Source: Spirochaetia bacterium | GTDB taxonomy: Bacteria > Spirochaetota > Spirochaetia > CAKZLE01 | Length of the DNA stretch: 64,000 bases | Direction of reading: 5' to 3' | Assembly: GCA_963677595.1 (NCBI GenBank) | Contig: OY782041.1 | Span: forward strand, 1,280,001-1,344,000 | Shown here: piece after piece, positions 1 to 10,618 of the stretch | Layout of the letters: each line of letters opens with the position of its first letter | How positions within the stretch are numbered: the first letter of the stretch is position 1 | Made by a program: the position numbers and the translations under genes | The notes under the pieces: model-generated | Database searches by the model: none | What the model saw: only the letters and a program-made list of their open reading frames with translations | What the model was told of the DNA's origin: nothing

Positions 1-2
1 CT

Positions 3-365
3 GAGGACTCTCCCTATGCGATGGCGTACGTGACCTGGATCGGGGATTTCTATGACCCCTACAGCTTCCTGAGCCTCTGGACCTCGGACAGCGGGTTCAA
101 CCCCAGCAGGTATGACAACCGGGAGTATGACCGGCTCATCGAGGACGCACTCGCACAGGAGACGGACGGCAAGCGGTTCGAACTCTTCAAGGAGGCTGAG
201 CAGCTGCTGCTCGACACGGCAACGGTCATCCCGATATCGCACGGGGTCTCGGTGAACTTCGTGAAACAGGGGACACTGAAGGGGTGGTACCCCAACCTGC
301 TGAATATCCACCCCTTCAAGTATATGAGCCTGAGCCATACTGACACGGCTACGAAATCCTACTGA
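3..365 (+). CDS. Oligopeptide ABC transporter substrate-binding protein (OppA/DppA family), C-terminal part; gene begins before the window
   Basis: WIGDFYDPYSFL...NPSRYDNREYDRLI...AEQLLL..A.VIPI is typical of family 5 SBP C-termini; the frame is open to the window edge. Confidence 0.85.
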   Translation, partial: EDSPYAMAYVTWIGDFYDPYSFLSLWTSDSGFNPSRYDNREYDRLIEDALAQETDGKRFELFKEAEQLLLDTATVIPISHGVSVNFVKQGTLKGWYPNLLNIHPFKYMSLSHTDTATKSY

Positions 366-1909
366 TCCTCTTCTATCCCCTCATCCTGGAGGTCGATCCT
401 CCCATAGAGTTCTACCATCTCACGGAAACGACCGGAAACAGATGCTGTGAGGCTCCCCTCAGGCAGTCTCCAGCTCCAATTGTGGGGACCTGCCGTCGCA
501 GGGGTGTTCATCCTGCTTCCCGAACCAAGGCTGAGCAGGTCCTGCATCGGGATGATGACATATTTCGCGACCGAACTCATCAATACCCTGATCATTGACC
601 ATGCGATATCGTGGTCGTCACGGGCAAGGTACCGCCTGACGATATCGCGGTACTCCTCGGGGAGCTCCTCATACCAGCCGGCGGTGGTGTTATTATCATG
701 GGTGCCGGTGTAGGCAACACAGTTGTATATATAGTTATGGGGGAGGAAATCATTCGTCGGGTCCAACCTCCCCGGCTTCAGGTAATCGAAGGAGAACTGG
801 AACACCTTCATGCCAGGCAGGCCGTTGCTGTCACGGAGCTCCTCGACATCGGGCGTCATGACCCCGAGGTCCTCGGCGATGATGGGCACATCTCCCCGAT
901 GGGCACGGACCGCATCGAAGAGTTCCTTCCCCGGGGCCTTCACCCAGGAGCCGTTCTCAGCCGTCCTCTCGCCAGCCGGGACCTCCCAGTAGGCAGCGAA
1001 GCCCCTGAAGTGGTCGATCCTGATGATATCGGTCAGCTCGAGCGCCGCATCGATCCGCTTCAGCCACCAGGAGAACCCGTCTGCCTGGTTCACCTCCCAG
1101 TCATACACCGGGGTACCCCACAGCTGGCCGGTCGCGCTGAAGAAATCGGGCGGGACCCCAGAGATCGCGGAGAACTTCCCCTCTTCATCGGTCTTGAAGA
1201 GGGGCAGGTTGGACCAGGTATCGACGCTGTCGGAGGCGACGAAGATCGGTATATCGCCGATGAGCTGGATACCCTTTTGGTTCGCATAATCCCTCACGGC
1301 CTTCCACTGTATGGAGAACAGGTACTGCAGTACCTTCCAGATACGGATCTCCGCCTGTTTCCTCATCGTCCAGGCCTCTATCGCTCCCGGTTCCCGGTAC
1401 CCGATGCCATGCTCCCAGACACTGTACCACCGGGAGTCCTGATACTCCTCATAGATGCTCATGAAGAGGGCATAATCATCGAGCCAGAAGGCCTGTGCCG
1501 TACAGAAACGGTCATAAGCCTCTTGGGAAGCGGGGTCGGCATCGGTGATGAACCTCCCTACAGCCCGCTTCAGGAGCCCCATCTTCCATACCGAGACATG
1601 CTCATAATCGACACGGCCCGTATCGAAGCCGGGATGACCTGTAAGTTCCTCCCCGCTGAGCAGTCCCTGCTCAGCAAGGGTGTCGAGGCTGATCAGCAGT
1701 TCGTTCCCCGCAAACGAGGAACGTGCTGAGTAGGGGGAGTTCCCATACCCCGTAGGCCCGAGTGGCAGTATCTGCCACAGCTTCGCACCGGCTTCGGAGA
1801 GGAAGTCTATGAAGGTGAATGCCCCAGCACCGAGGTCGCCGATACCATGGCGGTTCGGCAGCGACGTGGGATGGAACAGGATCCCTGATTGGCGTAAATT
1901 TTTCATCAT
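359..1909 (-). CDS. malQ: 4-alpha-glucanotransferase (amylomaltase, GH77)
   Basis: SGILFHPTSLP, WQILPLGPT, RIDHFRGF, IAEDLG and YTGTHDNNT motifs; start placed at ATG 1909, 6 nt after a TATACT box. Confidence 0.95.
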   Translation of the reverse strand: MMKNLRQSGILFHPTSLPNRHGIGDLGAGAFTFIDFLSEAGAKLWQILPLGPTGYGNSPYSARSSFAGNELLISLDTLAEQGLLSGEELTGHPGFDTGRVDYEHVSVWKMGLLKRAVGRFITDADPASQEAYDRFCTAQAFWLDDYALFMSIYEEYQDSRWYSVWEHGIGYREPGAIEAWTMRKQAEIRIWKVLQYLFSIQWKAVRDYANQKGIQLIGDIPIFVASDSVDTWSNLPLFKTDEEGKFSAISGVPPDFFSATGQLWGTPVYDWEVNQADGFSWWLKRIDAALELTDIIRIDHFRGFAAYWEVPAGERTAENGSWVKAPGKELFDAVRAHRGDVPIIAEDLGVMTPDVEELRDSNGLPGMKVFQFSFDYLKPGRLDPTNDFLPHNYIYNCVAYTGTHDNNTTAGWYEELPEEYRDIVRRYLARDDHDIAWSMIRVLMSSVAKYVIIPMQDLLSLGSGSRMNTPATAGPHNWSWRLPEGSLTASVSGRFREMVELYGRIDLQDEGIEEDQ

Positions 1910-1937
1910 AGAGAAAGTATACGACAATACCAACCCT

Positions 1938-1966
1938 TTGACTATAGTGACAAATCGGAGTATAGT
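1938..1966 (+). promoter_or_regulatory. Sigma70-type promoter for carD-ispD-ispF, overlapping the divergent malQ promoter
   Basis: TTGACT(1938-43)-N17-TATAGT(1961-66); ATG follows 6 nt later. Confidence 0.7.
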
Positions 1967-1972
1967 ACTGTC

Positions 1973-2497
1973 ATGAGTTCTGCAGAAAAAAAAACGAAGT
2001 CACCTGCTGTGAAACAGTTCGCAGTAGATGAACATGTGGTCTACCCGCTCCAGGGAGTCGGCCTTGTCAAAGAGATCCAAAGTAAGACATTCAAAGGCAA
2101 TGAAGTCCTCTACTACATCATATATCTTGAGATATCGGACATGACGGTCATGATCCCCGTAGAGAAAGCCGCTGAACTGGGGATCCGGGCTATCGTCAAG
2201 CCGAAAGAGGCAAAGGCTGCCCTCGAGACTATATCAAGCACCTATGAACCGGTCGCCATCGACTGGAAGATGCGATACCAGATGAACCTCGACCTCCTCA
2301 AGGAGGGTACCGTGACCTCGATAGCAAGTGTCGTCCAGACCCTCTATCACCGGAGCAAGATCAAGGAGCTGCCGGTACAGGAACGGAAGCTCTTCGACAA
2401 CGCCATGAAGATCCTCATAGATGAGATCTCCTTCTCCCTCAACAAACCCAAGAAAGAGGTTGAGAAGATGGTCTTCCTGAGGCTGGAGGCGGAGTAG
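1973..2497 (+). CDS. carD: CarD family RNA-polymerase-binding transcriptional regulator
   Basis: VVYPLQGVG..I, IPV..A.ELGIR and WKMRY motifs; lies upstream of ispD-ispF. Confidence 0.9.
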   Translation: MSSAEKKTKSPAVKQFAVDEHVVYPLQGVGLVKEIQSKTFKGNEVLYYIIYLEISDMTVMIPVEKAAELGIRAIVKPKEAKAALETISSTYEPVAIDWKMRYQMNLDLLKEGTVTSIASVVQTLYHRSKIKELPVQERKLFDNAMKILIDEISFSLNKPKKEVEKMVFLRLEAE

Positions 2498-2500
2498 CGG

Positions 2501-3181
2501 ATGCAGGCTGCTGCACTGATCACCGCTGCAGGTTCGAGCACGAGATTCAACAGTTCAGAGGCTCCCGGGAAGAAGGAACTGATCCCGATCGACGGCAAGA
2601 GTTCGATAGAACGGTGTGTCCTCTCCTGCTCGGTCCTCCCCTACATCGAACTGATCGTCATCACCCACCCCGAGGGGGACTCGACCACGATTGACCATAT
2701 CAGCATGATCGCTGACAAATATGACATGAAGTTCATCTCAGCTCCCGGGGGAAGCACCCGGCAGCTCTCGGTCCTCAACGGCCTGAGAGCCATGGAAGCC
2801 TATGCCCCCGAGATGGTCATCATCCATGACGGGGCTCGTCCCTGGATCTCACCCGAGCTGATCGATACCGCCTACCGGAAGGCGCAGGAAGTCGGGGGAG
2901 CCGCCCCGGGACTGCCCTCTCGCAACGCACTCAAGCAGATCGATGAGCATGGCATGATCACCGGCCATTACCAGCGTGAACGCATCATCGAGATCCAGAC
3001 ACCACAGATATTCACCTACCGCGACATCCTCCAGGCACATCTTGCCGCATCTGAGGCGGACAAGCCCTATATCGACGACACGGAGATCTTCACCGATTTC
3101 GGGGGCCGGGTCGCCGTCATCCCGGGAGACCCGGACAACCTGAAGATCACCTATGCCGGGGACCTGAGGGGGAACCTGTGA
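2501..3181 (+). CDS. ispD: 2-C-methyl-D-erythritol 4-phosphate cytidylyltransferase
   Basis: AAGSSTRF, GG.TRQ.SV.NGL, HDGARP, QTPQ.F and NLKIT motifs. Confidence 0.92.
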   Translation: MQAAALITAAGSSTRFNSSEAPGKKELIPIDGKSSIERCVLSCSVLPYIELIVITHPEGDSTTIDHISMIADKYDMKFISAPGGSTRQLSVLNGLRAMEAYAPEMVIIHDGARPWISPELIDTAYRKAQEVGGAAPGLPSRNALKQIDEHGMITGHYQRERIIEIQTPQIFTYRDILQAHLAASEADKPYIDDTEIFTDFGGRVAVIPGDPDNLKITYAGDLRGNL

Positions 3182-3675
3182 GGATTGGGAGCGGATGGGA
3201 CTCGCACCGGCTCGTGAGCGGCAGGCCGCTGCTGCTCGGGGGTGTCGTGATCGAGAGCTCCACCCTTGGCGAGGACGGTCACTCTGACGGGGATGTCCTC
3301 CTCCATGCGATCATCGATGCCCTGCTCGGTGCCGCGGCCCTGGGAGATATCGGGAAACTCTTCCCGCCTTCAGACCCGCAGTGGAAGGATGCCGACAGTT
3401 CCCAGCTTCTGAAGACAGCCTACCGCAAGGTGCGGGAGAGTTCAGGCATGGTCATCGCCAATATCGACACGACTGTCATCCTGCAGGAACCGAGACTCGC
3501 ACCCTATATCATGCAGATCAGGGAACGCATAGCCGACACCCTCAACCTCACGATCGATGCCGTCTCGGTGAAGGCCAAGAGTGCCGAGGGACTCGGGCCT
3601 GTCGGGAGAGGCGAAAGCATCGAGGCTCAGGCTGTCCTGCTGCTCGAGGAAGAGTCGATCGACCGGTGGGTGTAG
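3178..3675 (+). CDS. ispF: 2-C-methyl-D-erythritol 2,4-cyclodiphosphate synthase
   Basis: RIG.G.D.H, GHSDGDVLLHA, GDIG.LFP motifs; GTGA overlap with ispD. Confidence 0.95.
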   Translation: MRIGSGWDSHRLVSGRPLLLGGVVIESSTLGEDGHSDGDVLLHAIIDALLGAAALGDIGKLFPPSDPQWKDADSSQLLKTAYRKVRESSGMVIANIDTTVILQEPRLAPYIMQIRERIADTLNLTIDAVSVKAKSAEGLGPVGRGESIEAQAVLLLEEESIDRWV

Positions 3676-3686
3676 GGAACAGCCTG

Positions 3687-4898
3687 TCAGTGGAGAAGCT
3701 CCGGCTGCAGGAGAAAGTCCAGCAGCCTCAGGTGACGTATCCCATCACGATCGATACAGATCGGGTCCCGTGATATGACGAATCTCGGGAAATTATCTTC
3801 GATCGCCTCGAATGCCCCGAACTCCCTGTCTCGTACTGCACCAGTCTCCATCAGGTAAGCCACTTGGATATAACATTTCCATCCATCAGCCCGTTCAGCT
3901 ATGAAATCAACCTCCCCTTTATATACCTTGCCCACAAACACCCGGTAGGACCGAGAGACCAGCTCATTGAACACGATCGTCTCAGTACTATAGGAGAGCT
4001 CATCTTTGACCCTGTTCTTATACATCGAGAAGAGACCAAGATCACATGCATACACCTTTTCCTGAAAAGAGAGCATCCTCTTCCCCCGTATATCATAGCG
4101 GGGGATCATCTGCAGCAGTCCTGACTCCCTGAATCTTCTCAGGTACTCATAGAGGGTCGGAATGGTGATCTCCACCCCATCCTTTCTCAATGCAGCCACA
4201 ATATTCTTTGCTGATACCGTGGTCGATGAATGTGCTATCAAATAGTTCAGGATCGTTTCCACTATGACTGCAGAATGGTATCTGCTAGCCCGTATGATAT
4301 CCTTATATACGATTGAATCATAGAGGTTCTGCAGCTGTACATACTTGGCTTCCGGGGTCGTCTCCAGACACACAAGCGGGAATCCCCCGAACCTGAGGTA
4401 CTCCTGCAACAGGTCTTCATCAAGCTGTTCTGACCCTTTTACTTCTTTGAATTCACCGAAGGAGAACGGGAGCATCCTGAAGGCCACAGTCCTGCCGCCA
4501 AGATGTGTCGCAAGTTCTCCAGACAGGAGTTTCGTGTTCGAACCGGTAATGAATATACTCACATGGTCATGTGCAGCACGGAATGAGTTTATGACCAGCT
4601 CGAATGAAGCGACAACCTGTATCTCATCAAAGAACAGGTACATGGGTCTGTCGTCGGGGATCTTCGGTTCCACGAACTCATACAAAGCCTCAGCGGTCAA
4701 GAGATGACGGAATCTGAAATCTTCAAAATTCATGAAGAGGACCTGGCTTTCATCCAGTGACTTCTCTTTGCGCAGTTCATCGATGATCTGACGCAGGAGC
4801 GTGGATTTCCCACAGCGTCGTACGCCCATGATCACCTTGATCAGCTCGGAATCATAGAAGGGCCGGATCTGTTCCAGATATCTTTGACGTATCACCAT
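3687..4898 (-). CDS. AAA+ ATPase (AAA_14 + DUF4143) with C-terminal PD-(D/E)XK-like motif
   Basis: GVRRCGKST Walker A, FFDEIQ Walker B, ITGSN, GGFP, EVDF...IQV. Confidence 0.88.
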   Translation of the reverse strand: MVIRQRYLEQIRPFYDSELIKVIMGVRRCGKSTLLRQIIDELRKEKSLDESQVLFMNFEDFRFRHLLTAEALYEFVEPKIPDDRPMYLFFDEIQVVASFELVINSFRAAHDHVSIFITGSNTKLLSGELATHLGGRTVAFRMLPFSFGEFKEVKGSEQLDEDLLQEYLRFGGFPLVCLETTPEAKYVQLQNLYDSIVYKDIIRASRYHSAVIVETILNYLIAHSSTTVSAKNIVAALRKDGVEITIPTLYEYLRRFRESGLLQMIPRYDIRGKRMLSFQEKVYACDLGLFSMYKNRVKDELSYSTETIVFNELVSRSYRVFVGKVYKGEVDFIAERADGWKCYIQVAYLMETGAVRDREFGAFEAIEDNFPRFVISRDPICIDRDGIRHLRLLDFLLQPELLH

Positions 4899-5027
4899 AG
4901 ATACAGCTTAGTACCTCATACCCGCTAAGTCAAGAGCATTAAAACTACTTTAACACTTTACCGGTATTTCACGATTTCATTAAAGCTGTCTTTATGCTGT
5001 ACACAGTTATCACTAACTCCAGATATG

Positions 5028-5063
5028 AAAAAGACCGCCACGACACTCAGGCCCGGCGGTCCC
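5028..5063 (-). terminator. Putative intrinsic terminator
   Basis: Minus strand GACCGCC...GGCGGTC followed by TTTTT; long loop. Confidence 0.5.
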
Positions 5064-5081
5064 CAATTATATTCAGGTATG

Positions 5082-5783
5082 TTACAGCGAGATCAGCATG
5101 GTGCCCGGATCGAGCTTGATGGACATCTTCTCAGGATTCGTCTGCCCATGGTCCTTGACCACGGTCATGACGACCTCTTCCCCATCGTACTTCATGCCGA
5201 TGAGCACATCCACGACATCCTCGATCTTCACGAGTGTCTCAGGGATCCCATACTCATCGAAGGCGACCCCATCCACGACCGGTGAGACGCTGAACCAGAG
5301 CTCAACATCGAGTTCTGCGGCGAGAGCCTTGAGCTGCTCGACAGCAGCATGCTCGACCGTCGTCATCTTGTACCCGTCGAAGAAGATCGCATCGGCCTTG
5401 AACCCGCCGTCGACGACCATCGCCTTGAGGGAACGGATGATCTGGTCCACCGTGACGTTCTCCTGGCTGAAATTCATGATCACACGATTCTTGATGATGG
5501 AGTCATGCACACCCATGGAATCCTCGAGCTCTCGCTTCGTGGAGATCTCCCTGAAGATGTCCTCATACCAGGCGATCACGTGGTTCACATTCTGGGAGAA
5601 TGAGATATGGATCACATGTTCATCCCGGAAGAGTTTATCTGTAGCCATATGTACGAGACATGCTGTCTTGCCGATCCCATGCCTCGAGGTGATGACCCCG
5701 ATATTACCCTTGCCCAATCCGCCATGAATCGAGTTCTCGAAGACTCGGAGCGGACTTCTTTTATTCAATTCAGTTTTAACCAT
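5082..5783 (-). CDS. RecA/KaiC-like P-loop protein of unknown function
   Basis: HGGLGKGNIGVI.SRHGIGKT Walker-A-like N-terminus; GGAGG RBS. Confidence 0.65.
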   Translation of the reverse strand: MVKTELNKRSPLRVFENSIHGGLGKGNIGVITSRHGIGKTACLVHMATDKLFRDEHVIHISFSQNVNHVIAWYEDIFREISTKRELEDSMGVHDSIIKNRVIMNFSQENVTVDQIIRSLKAMVVDGGFKADAIFFDGYKMTTVEHAAVEQLKALAAELDVELWFSVSPVVDGVAFDEYGIPETLVKIEDVVDVLIGMKYDGEEVVMTVVKDHGQTNPEKMSIKLDPGTMLISL

Positions 5784-5846
5784 CTATGATTATCCTCCAG
5801 CTATGTTCTATAGTCATTGTACCACAACTTCTTTTACTACTCTAAC

Positions 5847-5876
5847 AAAAACCCCGGCGGGTCCCGCCGGAGTCTT
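5847..5876 (-). terminator. Intrinsic terminator downstream of fusA
   Basis: Minus strand GACTCCGGCGG-GAC-CCGCCGGGGTT followed by TTT. Confidence 0.75.
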
Positions 5877-5886
5877 CATGGTAGTC

Positions 5887-7977
5887 CTACTTCTTTGCAG
5901 CTTCCGCTTTCCGCTTCTCTTCGTACTCTTTCTTGAGTTCCTCAGAAACAGACTGAGGAACCTTGCCGTACTTGTCCACTTCCATCGTGTATTCAGCCTT
6001 ACCCTGGGTAAGGGATCGGAGGACTGTCGAGTACCCGAACATCTCACTCAGGGGTACTTCAGCCTCGACCGTACAGAACTGGCCATCCTCAGCGGAACTC
6101 ACGATGATACCTCGTCTCTGGTTGATACTTGCGAAGATGTTACCCTGGAACTCAGTCGGGCCCTCTACGTTGACCTTCATGATCGGTTCGAGGATGATCG
6201 GCTTCGCCCTGGAGTACGCATCCCGGAATGCACCGAGAGCTGCAGTCTGGAACGCCTGGTCAGAGGAGTCGACCGAGTGGTACTGGCCATCGTTGATGGT
6301 CGCCTTGATGTTGACGATCGGGAACCCGATGAGCGTCCCCTTGACCATAGCGGTCTGGAAACCCTTGTCACAGGAGGGGATGTACTCGTTGGGGATCGAA
6401 CCACCCTTGATGCTGTTGACGAACTCGTAGTTTGCCTCTTCATTCGGCTCGATGAACCCAGCGACACGTCCGTACTGTCCGGAACCACCGGTCTGCTTCT
6501 TGTGGGTATAGTTGAACTCCGCCATCTTGCTGATCGTCTCACGGTAGGCAACCTGCGGCTGGCCGGTCACGACCTCCGCCTTGTACTCACGCTTCATTCG
6601 CTCGATATAGACTTCGAGGTGCAGCTCGCCCATTCCCTGGATGATGGTCTGGTTAGATTCAGGGTCAACATAGGTCCTGAAGGTCGGGTCCTCCTTGGTG
6701 AACCGGTTGAGGGCCTTTGCCATGTTGTCGGCAGCCTTCTTGTCTACCGGGTCGATGGCAAGGGTGATTACCGGGGTGGGGACGAACATCGAAGTCATCG
6801 AGTAGTTGAGGTCAGGATGACAGAAGGTGTCACCTGATGCACAGTCGACGCCGAAGAGCGCCGCGATATCGCCGGAACCAGCTTCCGTGATGTCCTCCAT
6901 GCTGCTTGCATGCATCTTGATCAGACGACCGACCTTGAACTTCTTCCGTGACCGGGTGTTGTAGAGCTCTGCACCTTTCTTGATCATACCCTGGTAGATC
7001 CTGATGTAGGTAAGCTGCCCATACTGACCGTCCTCGAGCTTGAATGCAAGGGCTACAGTCTTCTTCTCATCACCGGCGGAGATCTCTACCTCAGCCTCTT
7101 CGTTATCGAGGTCGAGGGCAACGTTCTTGACTTCAGTCGGGTTCGGCAGGTATTTGATGACCGCGTCCATGAGTGACTGGACACCCTTGTTCTTGTAGGC
7201 TGATCCCATATAGACAGGGGTCAGGTCAAGTGAGAGGGTACCGGTACGTACAGCGTCGTGGATCATCTCCTCGGAGATCTCTCCCTCGAGCATAGCCTCC
7301 ATCAGGTCATCGGAGAACATGGAGAGTGCATCGAGCATCTCCTCTCGCTTCTCCTCAGCCTGCTCCTGGAGCTCAGCAGGGATCTCAGCATACCTTATAT
7401 CATCACCGGACGGCCCTTCATAGTAGACAGCCTTCATAGTGATGAGGTCGACGATACCCTCGAGCCTGTCCTCGAGCCCGATGGGGATCTGCATCATGAC
7501 CGCATTGTGGCCAAGCTTTTCCCGCAGCTGCTGGGTGACCTTGAACGGGTTCGCACCGGTTCGGTCGCACTTGTTGATGAATGCCACACGGGGAACATTG
7601 TATCGTTTCATCTGCCTGTCTACGGTGATGGACTGTGACTGGACACCGCCGACTGAACAGAGAACGAGGACGGCTCCGTCAAGGACCCGAAGGGATCGCT
7701 CTACCTCAATGGTGAAGTCAACGTGCCCCGGGGTATCGATGATGTTGATATCATGCCCTTTCCAGCTTACGTTCGTAGCTGCAGAGGCGATGGTGATACC
7801 TCGTTCCTTCTCGAGTTCCATGGAGTCCATGGTCGCACCGACACCATCCTTACCGCGAACCTCGTGGATCGCATGGATCCTGTTGCAGTAATACAGGATA
7901 CGCTCTGTCAGAGTCGTCTTCCCGGAGTCGATATGCGCACTGATACCAATGTTTCTCATATTAGTCAATTCTGCCAT
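5887..7977 (-). CDS. fusA: Elongation factor G (mitochondrial-EF-G1-like spirochaete/deltaproteobacterial type)
   Basis: [56 protein letters not shown]. Confidence 0.97.
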   Translation of the reverse strand: MAELTNMRNIGISAHIDSGKTTLTERILYYCNRIHAIHEVRGKDGVGATMDSMELEKERGITIASAATNVSWKGHDINIIDTPGHVDFTIEVERSLRVLDGAVLVLCSVGGVQSQSITVDRQMKRYNVPRVAFINKCDRTGANPFKVTQQLREKLGHNAVMMQIPIGLEDRLEGIVDLITMKAVYYEGPSGDDIRYAEIPAELQEQAEEKREEMLDALSMFSDDLMEAMLEGEISEEMIHDAVRTGTLSLDLTPVYMGSAYKNKGVQSLMDAVIKYLPNPTEVKNVALDLDNEEAEVEISAGDEKKTVALAFKLEDGQYGQLTYIRIYQGMIKKGAELYNTRSRKKFKVGRLIKMHASSMEDITEAGSGDIAALFGVDCASGDTFCHPDLNYSMTSMFVPTPVITLAIDPVDKKAADNMAKALNRFTKEDPTFRTYVDPESNQTIIQGMGELHLEVYIERMKREYKAEVVTGQPQVAYRETISKMAEFNYTHKKQTGGSGQYGRVAGFIEPNEEANYEFVNSIKGGSIPNEYIPSCDKGFQTAMVKGTLIGFPIVNIKATINDGQYHSVDSSDQAFQTAALGAFRDAYSRAKPIILEPIMKVNVEGPTEFQGNIFASINQRRGIIVSSAEDGQFCTVEAEVPLSEMFGYSTVLRSLTQGKAEYTMEVDKYGKVPQSVSEELKKEYEEKRKAEAAKK

Positions 7978-8340
7978 ATGTTTCCTCTCATTCTCATGAA
8001 TAATAAATATCTACATACTATCTACATAGCATCTGTCCACTGCCTGAAGTCCCCTCTTGATCCGGGGTTTGAGGTCAGTGCTGCTGTTCGTATAAGATCG
8101 TGCAGACGGCAGGTGCTATACAACCAAATTCATCCTGGAATCCACTGAAGGACCCGTACCCACATAAAAAAGGGGTTCGAGTTGGGAGTGTAGTATAGTT
8201 CATCTTTTTTTTCAATCCCTTTTATATTAAATATTTGCGTTTTTTCCCAATGGAAAAACCCCGTTTTTAGAAACTGTACGAAGATCCCGTTTGATGGTAT
8301 GATTCTCTCAACACAGAAGAAGAACTCAAAGGAGCTATGC

Positions 8341-8742
8341 ATGGCAACTCTCTTCACGAAGATAATCAACAAGGAGATCCCGTCAGTGACCATCTATGAG
8401 GACGAGGAGTGCATCGCCATCCTCGACCTCTTCCCGATCAACAAGGGACACGCCCTCGTGATCGCGCGGGAGGAGTATGAGACGATCTGCGACTGCCCGG
8501 ACGAGGCACTCTCGCATCTCATGTCCGTCGCCAAGCGCATAGCCGCGAAGATGGAAGAGGTCCTCGGGATCGACGGGTACAACATCATGATCAACAACCG
8601 GTCCGCCTCCGGCCAGGAGGTCCCCCATCTCCATGTCCACGTGATCCCGAGGTACGAGGGTGACGGGAAGACTCCCAAGATGCAGAAAGAGTCCTATGAC
8701 GAGGGGGAGATGGCCCGCTTCGGGGATCTGATCAGCCTGTAG
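8341..8742 (+). CDS. HIT family nucleotide hydrolase
   Basis: GQEVPHLHVHVIPR histidine triad; AAGGAG RBS before ATG 8341. Confidence 0.93.
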   Translation: MATLFTKIINKEIPSVTIYEDEECIAILDLFPINKGHALVIAREEYETICDCPDEALSHLMSVAKRIAAKMEEVLGIDGYNIMINNRSASGQEVPHLHVHVIPRYEGDGKTPKMQKESYDEGEMARFGDLISL

Positions 8743-8743
8743 C

Positions 8744-10618
8744 TCACCTCTGGCAGACACCGGAGAGCATCGCCGACCTGCCGGGCGGCAGCGTCACGGC
8801 CAGGGTCCTGCCTTCCCATGCACAGACCCCATCCCCCATGACGAACTCACAGCCGGTGAGCCCGAGCAGGCCTGTCGGGATCCTGAAGGTCCTCTCCCGT
8901 GCCTCACGGTTCAGCAGGGTGATCACGGCCCGTTCTGCGGAGAACCTGGCGCAGCAGTAGTGGTCCTCCCCGGCAAGGAGTGTCCTGAACGCACCATAGG
9001 CAAAGAGATCCCTGTAGGTCTCACGCAATGCTCCGAGGCTGCTGTAGAGCTCGAAGAACCTCATATCCCAGGATGACTCATCCCAGTCCATCGGGTACCG
9101 CGACCCCTCGACCGAACGGGGATGGCCCCCGATACCGATCTCGTCGCCGTAGAAATAGGATACGGCCCCCGGCAGGGTAAAGAGGAGGTAGAGGGCACCG
9201 CAGTAGCGCTCCCAGTCCCAGATCGCCTCGTGGTGATGGAGCCTCGGGGTGTCATGGGAGTCGAAGAGGTTGAACTGGAAGAACTGCAGCTGGTTCGGCA
9301 GTCCCCTGATCCCCTGTTCCAAGTATGCCTGGAGCTCGACGCCTGAGCAGCTCCTCCCGGGCCTGGGGTCGTGTCCCCAGTTGTCCATGAGGAAGCGGTC
9401 AAGCTCACCGAGCCAGCTTCGGATGGGCCGTCCTGCACCGAAGTAGTTCATGCTCCCGTCCCACTGGTCCCCCTGCAGGTATGCTGAGGCATCCTCCCAG
9501 TGCTCCCCGATGATGTAGCTGTCGGGATCCTCCTCCTTCACGGCATCCCGCACCCCCTGCCAGATCTCATGGCAGAACTGGTCAGTCCCCCTCCTGCCGA
9601 CTTCATTGGCCACATCGAACCTCCAGCCGTCTATCGAGAAGGGCGGGCGCAGGTAGTGCCTCACCAGGGAGTCAGGGTCCTTCCAGATGGTCCTGCGCAG
9701 GGCCTCGGACCCGTAGTTGAGCTGCGGCAGCGTCGGGACATCGAACCAGCAGGCGAATCTGCCGTCCGGGTTCCGGTAGTAGTATCCAGCCTCCCGGGAC
9801 TCCGGGTCCGCCGATGCTGCCTGGTACCAGGTATGGTCGGTGCCGGTATGGTTGATCGAGACATCGATGATCACATGCATGCCGGCCTCATGGAGCCCCT
9901 CCGTCAGTGCACAGAGCGCCGCATCTCCCCCGAGGTGGTCATCGACATGGAAATAGTCGGTGCAGTCATACCGGTGGTTGGTCCGGGCACTGAAGATGGG
10001 GTTCAGGTAGAGGGCATCGGCATGGAGCCGCTTGAAATGGGGGATGGCATCCCGTATGCCGTAGAGGTCACCGTTGTAGAAATCGACACACCGGCCGATC
10101 TCGAACTCAGGCGGCGGGCTGCCCCAGGGGGTGACTGACGAGCCGGTCCCGTCGAACCGGTACTCTCCCGGTTTGACCCCAATGGAATCATCTCCGCTCC
10201 TGAATCGGTCTGGGAAGATCTGGTAGAACACCGCACCGGGAACCCACCCCGGGTACTTCATCCCGGTGATGATCCGAAATTCGTCTTGCCCCGCCACGGG
10301 GATGCGCTGCAGCCCCCGGTTCCCGAGATACCAGTACCCGTCTTCGGCCTCGATGACGAAATGGTAGGAGAGCCCTTCCCCCTTCATCGACAGCTCAGCC
10401 CGGAAGTAGGTGAACCGCTCATGCCCTTCTGCGGTATCGAGGGGGAGGGAGAACCGTTCCCCCCGCATCAGGCCGTTCAGTCTCGCCCCCTTCACGGGAG
10501 CTTCCCTGTCGGCACGGAAGGCGATGGTTATCGTCTCCCCTTCCGCGGGAAACACGTTGGAGACGAAATCAGGTGTCACGTCCGAACATGCGGAATCTAT
10601 CAAACGTATCTGCTTCAT
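8744..10618 (-). CDS. GH13 maltodextrin glucosidase / neopullulanase-like glycosidase
   Basis: FYQIFPDRF, YLNPIF, HRYD, DGWRFDVA, IIGEHW, DSHDTPR. Confidence 0.9.
   Translation of the reverse strand: MKQIRLIDSACSDVTPDFVSNVFPAEGETITIAFRADREAPVKGARLNGLMRGERFSLPLDTAEGHERFTYFRAELSMKGEGLSYHFVIEAEDGYWYLGNRGLQRIPVAGQDEFRIITGMKYPGWVPGAVFYQIFPDRFRSGDDSIGVKPGEYRFDGTGSSVTPWGSPPPEFEIGRCVDFYNGDLYGIRDAIPHFKRLHADALYLNPIFSARTNHRYDCTDYFHVDDHLGGDAALCALTEGLHEAGMHVIIDVSINHTGTDHTWYQAASADPESREAGYYYRNPDGRFACWFDVPTLPQLNYGSEALRRTIWKDPDSLVRHYLRPPFSIDGWRFDVANEVGRRGTDQFCHEIWQGVRDAVKEEDPDSYIIGEHWEDASAYLQGDQWDGSMNYFGAGRPIRSWLGELDRFLMDNWGHDPRPGRSCSGVELQAYLEQGIRGLPNQLQFFQFNLFDSHDTPRLHHHEAIWDWERYCGALYLLFTLPGAVSYFYGDEIGIGGHPRSVEGSRYPMDWDESSWDMRFFELYSSLGALRETYRDLFAYGAFRTLLAGEDHYCCARFSAERAVITLLNREARERTFRIPTGLLGLTGCEFVMGDGVCAWEGRTLAVTLPPGRSAMLSGVCQR

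Noticed and set aside
5803-6837. Long antisense ORFs (e.g. 611-1729, 5803-6837, 13443-14513, 38144-38941, 51817-52602)
   Set aside because: They are shadow frames opposite well-supported genes, expected from GC-rich codon bias, and have no recognisable motifs.
8172-8190. GGTTCGA resembling a tRNA T-loop
   Set aside because: No T-stem pairing or cloverleaf around it.
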